The position numbers and the translations under genes are program-made. Positions 39,825 through 49,361 of a DNA stretch of 64,000 nt are shown in pieces. A model generated the notes under the pieces. That model ran no database searches. It was not told where the DNA came from and was given only the letters and a program-made list of their open reading frames with translations. This stretch comes from Candidatus Omnitrophota bacterium (GTDB taxonomy: Bacteria; Omnitrophota; Gorgyraeia; Zapsychrales; JBAZNR01): NCBI GenBank assembly GCA_041649175.1, contig JBAZNR010000002.1:114822-178821 (forward strand), read 5' to 3'. How positions within the stretch are numbered: position 1 is the stretch's first letter; each line of letters starts with the position of its first letter.

Positions 39825-40490
39825 ATGAATTTTCGAGCACTAGTTGCGGAATTTATCGGAACATTCGCGCTTATCTTTGTCGGCGTGGGAGCTATTGCGG
39901 CGGATGCCTTAACGGGAAACCGTTCGGGCTTAGTTGGCATTGCTTTGGCGCACGGACTGACGATCGCGGTCATGGTCAGCGCCACCGCGGCGATCAGCGG
40001 CGGACATCTTAATCCGGCCGTTACCATTGGACTTTTCTCGGCGCAAAAAATTGACCTGCAAAATACCATCGGCTATGTGATCGCGCAATGCTTAGGAGCG
40101 ATCGCGGCGGCTTCTCTATTAAAGCTGGTTATTCCGGGATATGTTCTTTCCGGAATTAATATGGGAACGCCCGGGCTTGGCGCCGATATTACGCCAACGA
40201 TGGGGCTTATTATGGAAATTGTTTTGACGTTTTTCCTTATTTTTGCCGTGTATGGCACGGCGGTTGATAAACGCGCGCCAAAGGTTGGCGGGCTTTTTAT
40301 CGGACTTACGGTCACGCTGGATATTTTGATCGGCGGGCCCATCACCGGAGCGGCGATGAATCCGGCGCGTCATTTAGGGCCGGCGCTTTTAGGCGGCGGG
40401 CTGAACAATCTTTGGATCTACTGGGTAGGGCCGATCGTCGGCGGAATTTTAGCGGCGCTTGTTTACAAAAACGCATTAGAACAGAAATAA
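39825..40490 (+). CDS. aqpZ: aquaporin (MIP family water channel)
   Basis: It has two NPA boxes (HLNPAVT and MNPARH), six TM segments, and an ar/R-region pattern typical of AqpZ. Confidence 0.85.
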   Translation: MNFRALVAEFIGTFALIFVGVGAIAADALTGNRSGLVGIALAHGLTIAVMVSATAAISGGHLNPAVTIGLFSAQKIDLQNTIGYVIAQCLGAIAAASLLKLVIPGYVLSGINMGTPGLGADITPTMGLIMEIVLTFFLIFAVYGTAVDKRAPKVGGLFIGLTVTLDILIGGPITGAAMNPARHLGPALLGGGLNNLWIYWVGPIVGGILAALVYKNALEQK

Positions 40491-40515
40491 TTCAGATACT
40501 CTTGAAAGGAGTTTT

Positions 40516-41034
40516 TTGATGGCTGATAAAATTGGCGCAGTAACGATGAAGGGAAATCCGATTACCTTGACCGGAAATGAAGTTGCGGTTGGACAAAAAG
40601 CGCCGGATGCAACTGTAAGCGCAAATGATCTTTCGGATGTCAAAATATCATCTTTTTTTGGAAAAAAATTGATCATTTCGGCGGTTCCGTCTTTGGATAC
40701 GCCGACTTGTGACATTGAAACAAAGCGTTTTAATCAGGAAGCGGCCCAATTAGGCGCTGACGTTAAAATTCTAACCGTCAGCATGGACTTACCATTCGCT
40801 CAAAAACGTTGGTGCGGCGCGGCCGGTGTTACGGCTGTTCAAACCGTTTCCGATTACAGGGAAGCCTCGTTTGGAACTAATTATGGAATTCTCATTAAAG
40901 GTTTGAAGCTTTTAACGAGAGCCATTTTTGTTATCGACAGCAAAGGTGTTGTTCAATATATTCAACTGGTCAAAGAAGTTACCAGCGAACCGGATTACGC
41001 GGCTGTGTTAGAAGCTGTGAAGAAAATTTCGTAG
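40516..41034 (+). CDS. tpx: thiol peroxidase (atypical 2-Cys peroxiredoxin)
   Basis: The Tpx signature [11 protein letters not shown] includes the peroxidatic Cys, and the resolving Cys lies in QKRWCGAAG. Confidence 0.85.
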   Translation: MMADKIGAVTMKGNPITLTGNEVAVGQKAPDATVSANDLSDVKISSFFGKKLIISAVPSLDTPTCDIETKRFNQEAAQLGADVKILTVSMDLPFAQKRWCGAAGVTAVQTVSDYREASFGTNYGILIKGLKLLTRAIFVIDSKGVVQYIQLVKEVTSEPDYAAVLEAVKKIS

Positions 41035-41063
41035 CATCAAAACATCAATCTAAGGAGAAAGCA

Positions 41064-41678
41064 ATGGCTCACTCATTACCCACATTACCGTACGCTTATG
41101 ATGCGCTTGAACCGCATATTGACGCGAAGACGATGGAAATTCATCACACAAAGCATCATCAAACGTACATCACTAATCTTAACAATGCCTTAGCCGGAAA
41201 AGCAGCTTTAGAGGGCAAATCCGTTGAAGCGTTGATCGCCGATCTAAACGCGGTTCCGGAAGATATTCGCACAGCCGTTCGCAATAACGGCGGCGGACAT
41301 GCCAATCATTCGCTTTTTTGGAAGTTGATGAAAAAAGGCGGCGGTGGCGAACCCAAGGGAGCGCTTCTGGAAGCTATCAATCAAGCGTTCGGAAGTCTCG
41401 CGGCATTTAAAGAAAAATTTGAAACAGCCGCCAAGACACGCTTTGGCAGCGGCTGGGCGTGGCTTTCGGTCGATAAAACCGGGAAGTTGGAGGTTTCTTC
41501 AACAGCAAACCAAGACAGCCCTATCATGGATGGCAAGAAACCTATTTTAGGTGTTGATGTCTGGGAACATGCCTATTATTTAAAATATCAAAATCGCCGC
41601 CCCGATTATTTGGCCGCATTTTGGAATGTTGTTAATTGGGATACGGTTGCGGAAAACTTTACGGCAGCATCAAAGTAA
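41064..41678 (+). CDS. Fe/Mn-family superoxide dismutase
   Basis: It has the Fe/Mn-SOD family N-terminus ([28 protein letters not shown]) and the metal ligands in DVWEHAYYL. Confidence 0.9.
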   Translation: MAHSLPTLPYAYDALEPHIDAKTMEIHHTKHHQTYITNLNNALAGKAALEGKSVEALIADLNAVPEDIRTAVRNNGGGHANHSLFWKLMKKGGGGEPKGALLEAINQAFGSLAAFKEKFETAAKTRFGSGWAWLSVDKTGKLEVSSTANQDSPIMDGKKPILGVDVWEHAYYLKYQNRRPDYLAAFWNVVNWDTVAENFTAASK

Positions 41679-41692
41679 GCTTTTTAAGTAAG

Positions 41693-41740
41693 AGCAATAA
41701 AAAATCCCTAATATTTATTTATTAGGGATTTTTTATTGCT
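41693..41740. terminator. rho-independent terminator: perfect 21-bp inverted repeat with 6-nt loop
   Basis: AGCAATAAAAAATCCCTAATA - TTTATT - TATTAGGGATTTTTTATTGCT. It lies directly after the sod stop. The arms have U-runs on both strands, so it could terminate in either direction. Confidence 0.65.
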
Positions 41741-41826
41741 CTGTAAGCCTTTTGAGTACTTATTAGCTTGATTTTCTCGACGGAAATATTTTTCACAAAA
41801 TAAATGTAAATTTATCGTAAATTTGC

Positions 41827-41854
41827 TTGACTTTGCTGGCGCAGTAAATATACT
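41827..41854 (+). promoter_or_regulatory. candidate nrdA promoter (TTGACT-16-TATACT)
   Basis: TTGACT lies at 41827..41832 and TATACT at 41849..41854. A second TTGACA at 41872..41877 overlaps the palindrome listed below. Confidence 0.4.
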
Positions 41855-41880
41855 AACTGTTGATAGAGCAATTGACAAAA

Positions 41881-41896
41881 ACACTACATATTGTGT
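41881..41896. promoter_or_regulatory. NrdR-box-like 16-bp palindrome upstream of nrdA
   Basis: ACACTACATATTGTGT fits the NrdR box pattern acaCwAtATaTwGtgt at 15 of 16 positions. It sits between the second -35 element and the nrdA start. Confidence 0.45.
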
Positions 41897-42034
41897 ATTT
41901 AATAAGCACAAAGTTAACTTAAAAAACGCCTCAAACGCATCCATGCGAACATATAAAACACTTACCCTTAAACAAATCTTTGGTTCCATTTAAAAATTTT
42001 TCGTTCAACATTTAATTTAAAAAAGGAGCTGTCT

Positions 42035-45000
42035 ATGGCTCAGGAAATTTCATCGGTTGGCGCTCAGCTAAAAGTGCAAAAACGCAACAAACAGATCGTG
42101 GCGTTTAACATATCACGTATTCATCATGCCATCGCCAATGCTTTTAAGGAATCAAACGGTTTACCCAGAGAAACGGATCTGCCGGTAAAAAATATTTTAG
42201 AGATCGAGCAGGTTACGGGGTGCGTTTTTTCGGCTCTTAATGACCGTGGCGCGTCTAAAGAATATCTAACCGTTGAAGAAATTCAAGATGAAGTCATTCG
42301 CCAGCTCTATGAGAATGGTTTTAAGGAAATTGCAGAGCGGTATTCCAGCTATCGCAAACAGCATGCCGCTAAACGCGCCTTATTTGAACTTTATACCATT
42401 GCCAAACGTGACGGCAAAGTGGTTTCATTCAAGCCGGAAAAGATAACCATCGCCATTGCCAAGGCCTTTCAAGCGAACAATAACGGCGAACTCACCGACA
42501 TTTCACTAGAAGAAGCCCGTAAGCTTTCCGAGCGGGTCGTTGTCGAGATCCGCCAACTTTGGCCGGACGGAAAAGCAGTCCAGATCGAAGAGATTCAAGA
42601 CTTGGTCGAAAAAACACTGATGAACGCCGGACATTATGATGTGGCCCGGCGTTATATTTTATACCGAGAACAAAGAAACCGTGTGCGCCATCAAAAAGCG
42701 CAATCAACGCGGGAAAATATTTTTCAACAAGCCAAAGATATCAACATTGTCAAAGAAAACGGTGAAGTCCAGCCTCTTGATATCGACGGATTACGTTTTC
42801 AAATTGAAACATGCTGTCAGGGTTTAGATGATGTTTCGGCTGATAAAATTCTTTCGGAAGCCATCACCAGTTATTTTAATAACATTACCGAAAAACAGAT
42901 TGCCACCGCAAATATTATGGCCGCGCGTTCTTTTATTGAAAGCGAGCCAAACTACAGTTTTGTCGCCGCGCGATTATTGCTTTTAAAAGCCTACTATGAA
43001 GCTTTGGGCCGCTGGGTCAGCTTTGAATCCATCAAAACCGAGTATCCTCGTTATTTTGCCGAATATATAAAGAAAGCGGTTGAGCTTGAGCTGTTAAGCC
43101 CAGATTTACTGCAGTTTGACCTTATAAAACTTGGCAATAAGATCGAGCCTAAGCGCGATCTTTTGTTCAAATATTTAGGCCTGCAGACGCTTTACGACCG
43201 TTACTTTATTCATTGGGATGAACGCCGCCTTGAATTACCGCAAATTTTCTGGATGCGCGTCGCGATGGGGCTGGCAAAAGCCGAAGGCGCCAATAAAAAC
43301 GAACGCGCCGCGGAATTCTACGAAACGCTGTCCACATTTCGCTTTGTTTCTTCCACGCCAACGCTGTTTAATTCCGGAACGTTGCATTCGCAACTTTCTT
43401 CATGTTTCTTAACGACGGTTTATGATGATCTTCACCATATTTTTAAATGCATTCAAGACGATGCCATGCTTTCCAAGTGGAGCGGCGGGTTAGGTAATGA
43501 CTGGACCAATGTCCGCGCCATGGGTTCGCGCATTAAAGGAACTAATGGAAAAAGCCAGGGTGTTATTCCATTTTTAAAAGTGGCTAACGATACAGCCGTT
43601 GCCGTTAATCAGGGCGGAAAACGCCAAGGAGCGATGTGCGCTTACCTTGAAGTCTGGCATTTGGATATTGAAGAATTCTTAGAATTACGGAAAAATACCG
43701 GCGATGAACGCCGCCGCACTCATGATATGCACACCGCCAATTGGATCCCGGATCTTTTTATGAAGCGGATCAAAACAAACGGCAACTGGACGCTTTTCAC
43801 CTCCAGCGAAGCCCCGGACCTTCATGATCTTTACGGCCAGGCTTTCGAAAAACGTTACGAAGAATACGAACAGCTCGCCAAGGAAGGGAAGATCAGGCAT
43901 TTCAAAACTATGCCGGCTATTCAGCTTTGGCGCAAAATGCTTAATATGCTTTTCGAAACCGGACACCCGTGGATCACCTGGAAAGATCCATCCAATATCC
44001 GTTCGCCTCAAGATCACACCGGCGTTGTTCACAGTTCAAACTTGTGCACGGAGATCCTTCTTAACACCTCAAAAGACGAAACTGCCGTTTGCAATCTCGG
44101 CTCTTTGAATTTAGCCGCGCACACAACCGCGCAAGGATTAAACCAGGAACTTTTGAAAAAGACCTTAAAGACTGCCATTCGCATGTTGGATAATGTTATT
44201 GATATTAATTATTATCCGACCGTTGAAGCCAGAAACGCCAACACAAAACATCGGCCTATTGGATTGGGGATTATGGGTTTTCAAGATGCAATCTGCGCGC
44301 AAAATATCAGTTATGCGTCACAACCGGCCGTTGAATTTGCCGATCGCAGTATGGAAGCTATTTCGTATTACGCGATTCTCGCCTCCATTGAGATCGCCAA
44401 GGAGCGCGGCGCTTACCAGAGTTATCGCGGTTCAAAATGGGATCGTGGCCTTCTTCCGATCGATACATTGGATCTCTTGGAAAAAGAGCGCGGCGGTTAT
44501 TTGGATGTTGACCGTTCAGCCGCCATGGATTGGAGCATTGTCCGCGCGCAGTTGAAAAAATACGGAATTCGTAATAGCAATATTATGGCTATTGCGCCGA
44601 CGGCAACGATCGCCAACATCATCGGCGTAACTGCTTCTATTGAGCCTTTCTATAAGAATATTTTTGTCAAAAGCAATTTGTCCGGAGAATTTACGGTCAT
44701 CAATGAGTATCTTATCGCTGATCTTAAAAAATTAGGGATCTGGGATAAAGAAATGATCAATGACTTGAAGTATTTTGACGGAAGTGTTCAGGAAATTGCC
44801 CGTATCCCTCAGGATTTGAAAGCAAAATACGCGACCGCTTTTGAAGTTGATTACGAGTGGATGATCGAAGCTGCCAGCCGCCGGCAAAAATGGATCGATA
44901 TGGGGCAATCCTTAAATCTCTATCAAGCCAAGCCTAGCGGGAAAAAGGTAAGCGACATGTATCTTTTTGCTTGGGAAAAAGGATTAAAAACAACTTACTA

Positions 45001-45178
45001 CCTGCGATCGATGGGTGCCACGCGAATTGAGAAAAGCACACTGGATGTCACAAAATATGCGAATGTTGTCGGACAGCGCGAACGTGATGAACTTGGGCAC
45101 GTGACCGTTACGGAAAAACCTGTTGCAGCTCAAGCGCTCAAAGCTGAACCGAAAGAAGATTGTGAAGCTTGCCAATAA
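42035..45178 (+). CDS. nrdA: class I ribonucleoside-diphosphate reductase alpha subunit with extended N-terminus (apparently three ATP-cone repeats)
   Basis: The 1047-aa ORF has the RNR catalytic core (NSGT..., SNLCTEI, the C-terminal Cys pair CEAC). The N-terminal ~330 aa contains three successive segments with the ATP-cone pattern: VQKRNKQIVAFNISRIHHAIANAF, AKRDGKVVSFKPEKITIAIAKAF, and VKENGEVQPLDIDGLRFQIE. Confidence 0.9.
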   Translation: MAQEISSVGAQLKVQKRNKQIVAFNISRIHHAIANAFKESNGLPRETDLPVKNILEIEQVTGCVFSALNDRGASKEYLTVEEIQDEVIRQLYENGFKEIAERYSSYRKQHAAKRALFELYTIAKRDGKVVSFKPEKITIAIAKAFQANNNGELTDISLEEARKLSERVVVEIRQLWPDGKAVQIEEIQDLVEKTLMNAGHYDVARRYILYREQRNRVRHQKAQSTRENIFQQAKDINIVKENGEVQPLDIDGLRFQIETCCQGLDDVSADKILSEAITSYFNNITEKQIATANIMAARSFIESEPNYSFVAARLLLLKAYYEALGRWVSFESIKTEYPRYFAEYIKKAVELELLSPDLLQFDLIKLGNKIEPKRDLLFKYLGLQTLYDRYFIHWDERRLELPQIFWMRVAMGLAKAEGANKNERAAEFYETLSTFRFVSSTPTLFNSGTLHSQLSSCFLTTVYDDLHHIFKCIQDDAMLSKWSGGLGNDWTNVRAMGSRIKGTNGKSQGVIPFLKVANDTAVAVNQGGKRQGAMCAYLEVWHLDIEEFLELRKNTGDERRRTHDMHTANWIPDLFMKRIKTNGNWTLFTSSEAPDLHDLYGQAFEKRYEEYEQLAKEGKIRHFKTMPAIQLWRKMLNMLFETGHPWITWKDPSNIRSPQDHTGVVHSSNLCTEILLNTSKDETAVCNLGSLNLAAHTTAQGLNQELLKKTLKTAIRMLDNVIDINYYPTVEARNANTKHRPIGLGIMGFQDAICAQNISYASQPAVEFADRSMEAISYYAILASIEIAKERGAYQSYRGSKWDRGLLPIDTLDLLEKERGGYLDVDRSAAMDWSIVRAQLKKYGIRNSNIMAIAPTATIANIIGVTASIEPFYKNIFVKSNLSGEFTVINEYLIADLKKLGIWDKEMINDLKYFDGSVQEIARIPQDLKAKYATAFEVDYEWMIEAASRRQKWIDMGQSLNLYQAKPSGKKVSDMYLFAWEKGLKTTYYLRSMGATRIEKSTLDVTKYANVVGQRERDELGHVTVTEKPVAAQALKAEPKEDCEACQ

Positions 45179-45392
45179 ATTAAATGAAGCCGCAACTTAC
45201 GGAACAGATAAATTGTGAAGTGACGTAAGTTGCTGGCTGAAATTAACCCCGCACTAATTTTATCTAGCGTGTGGGCATTTGCAAAAGGAGAAGCATCATA
45301 AACCATTTTTATAAAATTAGTGCGGGGTTCAATTCGCACTCATCAGTTATGTTTTTCCATAACTGATGTGCTCATTGAAGGAGAAAACTTTC

Positions 45393-46439
45393 ATGGCCGA
45401 ATCATGCTTTAAGATGTCACACGAACGCGTTACCGCCGACAACAAGCGCGTTATCAATAATGACCGCACGGTTGATTGCAATCAACTTGTTCCTATTAAA
45501 TACAAATGGGCGTGGAATTTTTATTTAGACGGTTGTGCCAATCACTGGATGCCGTCGGAAGTTTCCATGCAGCGCGACATCGAGCAATGGCGCGATCCCA
45601 AAGGATTTACCGAACAAGAACGGTTCGTCATTAAAAGAACTTTGGGATTTTTTGCCACCGCCGAAACGCTTGTTGGAAATAATTTAGTTTTGGCGATTTA
45701 TCGCATGGTGGATAATTCCGAGTGCCGCCAGTATCTTTTGCGTCAAGCCTTTGAAGAGGCCATTCATGTCCACGCGTTCCAGTATATCGTTCAGTCGCTT
45801 TCTTTGGACGAAGGAGAGATGTTCAATATGTATCGCGAAGTGGAAGCGATCTACAATAAAGACCAATACGCTATGTCTTGCACCGATGGAATACTCGATG
45901 CCGGGATCGACACAAAAACAAAAGAAGGATTGCAGAAATTCTTAAAAAACTTGGTCGGATTTTACGCCATTACCGAGGGAATTTTCTTTTACAGCGGTTT
46001 TGTTACCATGCTATCCTTTGGGCGTCAGAACAGAATTCCGGGAACATGCGAACAGATCCAATACATTTTACGCGATGAAAGCATTCATATGAATTTTGGT
46101 ATTGAATTGATCAATGCCATCCGCGATGAAAACCCAGGCGTTTGGGATGAAAAATTTGAAATTGAGATCATCGACTTTATTAAAACAGCTGTTGCCTTAG
46201 AACACAAGTACGCCGAGGAATGCTTGCCAAACGGGATCTTAGGCCTTAACACCGATCTTTTAAAAGAATATGTTCAATATATCGCTGACCGGCGTTTTGA
46301 AAGGCTTCGTTTACCGAAACAATACGGCTCATCTAATCCTTTTCCTTGGATGAGCGAAGTGATCGACTTAAAGAAAGAAAAGAACTTTTTCGAAACCCGC
46401 GTGACCGAATATCAAACCGGCGGGGCGTTGGAGTGGTAG
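45393..46439 (+). CDS. nrdB: class I ribonucleotide reductase beta subunit (di-iron/tyrosyl radical)
   Basis: The ferritin-like ORF has EEAIHVHAF and the second carboxylate/His region (DESIHMNFG). A GAAGGAG RBS lies 9 nt upstream of the ATG at 45393. Confidence 0.85.
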   Translation: MAESCFKMSHERVTADNKRVINNDRTVDCNQLVPIKYKWAWNFYLDGCANHWMPSEVSMQRDIEQWRDPKGFTEQERFVIKRTLGFFATAETLVGNNLVLAIYRMVDNSECRQYLLRQAFEEAIHVHAFQYIVQSLSLDEGEMFNMYREVEAIYNKDQYAMSCTDGILDAGIDTKTKEGLQKFLKNLVGFYAITEGIFFYSGFVTMLSFGRQNRIPGTCEQIQYILRDESIHMNFGIELINAIRDENPGVWDEKFEIEIIDFIKTAVALEHKYAEECLPNGILGLNTDLLKEYVQYIADRRFERLRLPKQYGSSNPFPWMSEVIDLKKEKNFFETRVTEYQTGGALEW

Positions 46440-46501
46440 AAATAAAAATTCTATTGTACTACGATTTCTGCATTGTATACTAAGCCCTACGGAGAAACAC
46501 A

Positions 46502-46912
46502 ATGCCTTGCCTTGAACCAGCCTCAAATATTGTCATTAGCCTAAGTGCCGATGGACGTTTGGCGAAATTCCGGTTCGTTAACCGCGGCTGCACCCGCGAA
46601 CTTGCGTCCATCGAATCGCTGCATCGCTATTATGACGGCAAAACCCTCGATGACGTGATCAAGACGGATTTCTCAAAATTAACAGCAGATCTGAAAGTTG
46701 CGGATGAAGAGGAACAATTCAAGCTTTACTTAGAATGGGATATCCTTCGCACCGCGGCCGCGAAATATTTGGGAATAACGAAAATCGCCGAAGAAGATAT
46801 TGATCAAGACCGCTGTCACATTGTCTCGCTGACACAAACTACCCAAGGCGTTGAGATCGTAGAAACAGTCCTGCCGCCTATTGATTTTCCTAAAATTGTC
46901 CGTCACGATTAA
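46502..46912 (+). CDS. divergent IscU/NifU-N-like Fe-S scaffold domain protein
   Basis: The 136-aa ORF has KFRFVNRGCTRELASIESLHRYYDGKTLDDV, which aligns with the IscU segment [29 protein letters not shown]. There are Cys near the N-terminus (MPC) and a C-terminal CH pair, so three putative ligand Cys are present. Confidence 0.45.
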   Translation: MPCLEPASNIVISLSADGRLAKFRFVNRGCTRELASIESLHRYYDGKTLDDVIKTDFSKLTADLKVADEEEQFKLYLEWDILRTAAAKYLGITKIAEEDIDQDRCHIVSLTQTTQGVEIVETVLPPIDFPKIVRHD

Positions 46913-46937
46913 TTAAAAAAGAGTTACAGAGAACTAC

Positions 46938-47462
46938 TTAGGTAGGCTCATTGCCTCGGGCCACAACCACTTTTCCGGTTCTGACCATTTCGATGAGTTT
47001 GAACGATTTGAGTTTTTCTTCCAGTTCATCCACTTGCCAAGTGCTTCCGGTTTGCTCGATGATCATGGATTCATCGGTCGTATCAACCGCGTGGGCATGG
47101 AATTTTTTAATGAGATTTTGCAAGGCAGGTTTTTGCGCTGACTTATAACGGATCTTAAAAAGAGCCAGTTCTTTTTCAATCGCGTCCACATCCGTATGTT
47201 CTTCCACGTGCAAGACGTCAATTAATTTTCCGGTTTGTTTTATGATTTGCTCCAAGGTCGTCACGTCGCCTTTGGCGGTAATGGTCATCCGTGAAAAACG
47301 GGGATCGACCGTAGGAGACACCACCAAGGCATCAATATTGTATCCGCGCCGGGCAAACACCAGGGAAATGCGCACCAAGACACCGGGCTTATTAGCCACT
47401 AAAAGGCTAATGGTGTGCGTATTTTTTCTTTTCGCGCTCGTTATTTCGGCTGCTTTATTCAT
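46938..47462 (-). CDS. ilvH: acetolactate synthase small (regulatory, ACT-domain) subunit
   Basis: The 174-aa ORF has the ACT-domain N-terminus HTISLLVANKPGVLVRISLVFARRGYNIDAL. It is immediately downstream of ilvB with a 1-nt overlap. Confidence 0.85.
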   Translation of the reverse strand: MNKAAEITSAKRKNTHTISLLVANKPGVLVRISLVFARRGYNIDALVVSPTVDPRFSRMTITAKGDVTTLEQIIKQTGKLIDVLHVEEHTDVDAIEKELALFKIRYKSAQKPALQNLIKKFHAHAVDTTDESMIIEQTGSTWQVDELEEKLKSFKLIEMVRTGKVVVARGNEPT

Positions 47463-49189
47463 TACGTGCTTCCTGTTGGTTTTTCAAGTTTCACTTTTGG
47501 CGGCTCCACGATCATATGATAAGCCGATTTTCCTGCCGGAACCATGGGAAACACGTTATCTTCCTTAATAACTTCCGCATGGATAAGGCAGGGGCCTTTA
47601 TAGTTCATTGCTTGAGTTAAGATCTTTCTGGCATTTTTAGGATGATCAATATGGAAGCCTTTTATTCCATAGGCTTGCGCCAGTTTCACAAAGTCAGGGT
47701 TTCCTTCCAAGTCCACACCGGAAAGGCGATTATCAAAAAATAATTCTTGCCATTGGCGCACCATTCCTAAATATTTATTGTCGATCACCACGATTTTCAC
47801 GGGTAATTTATTAATGGCGGCCGTTGCTAATTCGGATAAGGTCATTTGAAAACCGCCGTCGCCCACAATAGCCACTACCAGGTCTTTCGGTTTGCCGAAT
47901 TGCGCGCCCACAGCCGCAGGGAAACCAAAACCCATCGTGCCGGCGCCGCCTGATGTGATCCAATGATCGCGTTTATCGGTCAAGTAAAATTGTGCCGCCC
48001 ACATTTGATGCTGACCCACATCGGTGGTCACGACCGCTTTTCCTTTGGTGACTTTATATAGTTCGCTGATCACATGCTGAGCCGTTAGGCCTTTTTTGTT
48101 CTCGTATTTTAAAGGATATAATTTGCGGTAATATGCCAATTCTTCCAGCCACTCTTTTGTATCCAGGGGAGTCACGTGCTTGATCAATTCTTCAATAATA
48201 AGCCGGGCATCGCCAATGGCGGATGCGTCGGGCAGGACGATCTTGTTTATTTCCGCCGGATCGATATCCACGTGAAGTTTTTTAGCGCCAACGCAAAATT
48301 CAGATGTGTTTCCGTTAATACGGTCATCCCAACGAGAGCCGATGGAGAAAATAAGGTCACAGCGGGTCAAAGCTTTGTTGGCATAGGCCGTTCCATGCAT
48401 TCCCAACATTCCTAAAGATAAAGGATGGGTTTCAGGGAAAGCACCTTTTCCTAAAAGTGTATTGGTCACCGGGGCATTAAGTTTTTCGGCTAGCTTTTTC
48501 ACAGCCGCGTCAGCCTTTGAGATCACCGCGCCGTGTCCAATAAGCAAAAGCGGTTTTTTTGATTCCTTGAGAAGCTTAGCTAATTTAAGAATATCTTTTC
48601 GCGGAGCAATGCTTGGGACTTTGTAGCCAGGTAGATCCATTTCCTGGTCAAACGATCCGGTAAAAGGACCCGCGGTAATATCTTTCGGCAGATCCAATAA
48701 CACCGGGCCCGGACGGCCGGTATTGGTGATGTGAAACGCCTCGTTGACAATGCGGGGAATATCGTTTGTGTTTTTCAGCAAATAGCTGTGTTTGACCACC
48801 GGCATGGTAATTCCGGAAATATCGGCTTCTTGAAAAGCATCTTTGCCGAGCATCGGAGATATTACTTGTCCGCAAAGCACGATCATCGGCACAGAGTCCA
48901 TATGCGCGGTCATAATTCCGGTAACTGCGTTGGTGGCTCCGGGGCCGCTGGTCACTAAGACCACGCCGGGTTTGCCGGTCGCGCGCGCGTAACCGTCCGC
49001 CATATGCGTGGCACCTTGTTCATGGCGCACTAAAATAAGCTTGATCTTGGAGTTCACCAGCGCGTCAAAGATGGGAATTGCCGCTCCGCCGGAAAGGCCA
49101 AAAATATACTCAACGCCGTGGCGCTCTAAACATTTAATGAGCGCTTCGCCGCCGGTCAACACTAGTTTTGTTTTAGATTTTGTTGTCAT
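47462..49189 (-). CDS. ilvB: acetolactate synthase large (catalytic, TPP/FAD) subunit
   Basis: The 575-aa ORF has the TPP motif GDGGFQM...NN, and the FAD and N-terminal Pyr domain (GGAAIPIFDAL, HEQGATHMADGYARATG). Confidence 0.9.
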   Translation of the reverse strand: MTTKSKTKLVLTGGEALIKCLERHGVEYIFGLSGGAAIPIFDALVNSKIKLILVRHEQGATHMADGYARATGKPGVVLVTSGPGATNAVTGIMTAHMDSVPMIVLCGQVISPMLGKDAFQEADISGITMPVVKHSYLLKNTNDIPRIVNEAFHITNTGRPGPVLLDLPKDITAGPFTGSFDQEMDLPGYKVPSIAPRKDILKLAKLLKESKKPLLLIGHGAVISKADAAVKKLAEKLNAPVTNTLLGKGAFPETHPLSLGMLGMHGTAYANKALTRCDLIFSIGSRWDDRINGNTSEFCVGAKKLHVDIDPAEINKIVLPDASAIGDARLIIEELIKHVTPLDTKEWLEELAYYRKLYPLKYENKKGLTAQHVISELYKVTKGKAVVTTDVGQHQMWAAQFYLTDKRDHWITSGGAGTMGFGFPAAVGAQFGKPKDLVVAIVGDGGFQMTLSELATAAINKLPVKIVVIDNKYLGMVRQWQELFFDNRLSGVDLEGNPDFVKLAQAYGIKGFHIDHPKNARKILTQAMNYKGPCLIHAEVIKEDNVFPMVPAGKSAYHMIVEPPKVKLEKPTGST

Positions 49190-49361
49190 TTATTTCATCC
49201 TTAAAAAAGAGATTATATAATATCATGTCAAAAAGTTTTTGCAAGTTTTTTTCTTGCCGCTATCCGTCAGGAAAAGTTTAAAAATCCCGGAACAATCAGC
49301 TTGAATTTTGAACTGTTTTGGTATATCATCTTAACAATTCTTTTAACATTAAAAGGCTTTT

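Noticed and set aside
41708-41989. 93-aa minus-strand ORF across the sod-nrdA intergenic region
   Set aside because: It covers the terminator palindrome, the promoter elements and the NrdR-like box. It is AT-rich with no RBS, so I treat it as spurious.
49190-49361. Leader-peptide/attenuator upstream of ilvBH
   Set aside because: No short Ile/Val/Leu-rich leader ORF with a terminator/antiterminator pair could be identified by eye. Only generic AT-rich divergent promoter sequence is present.
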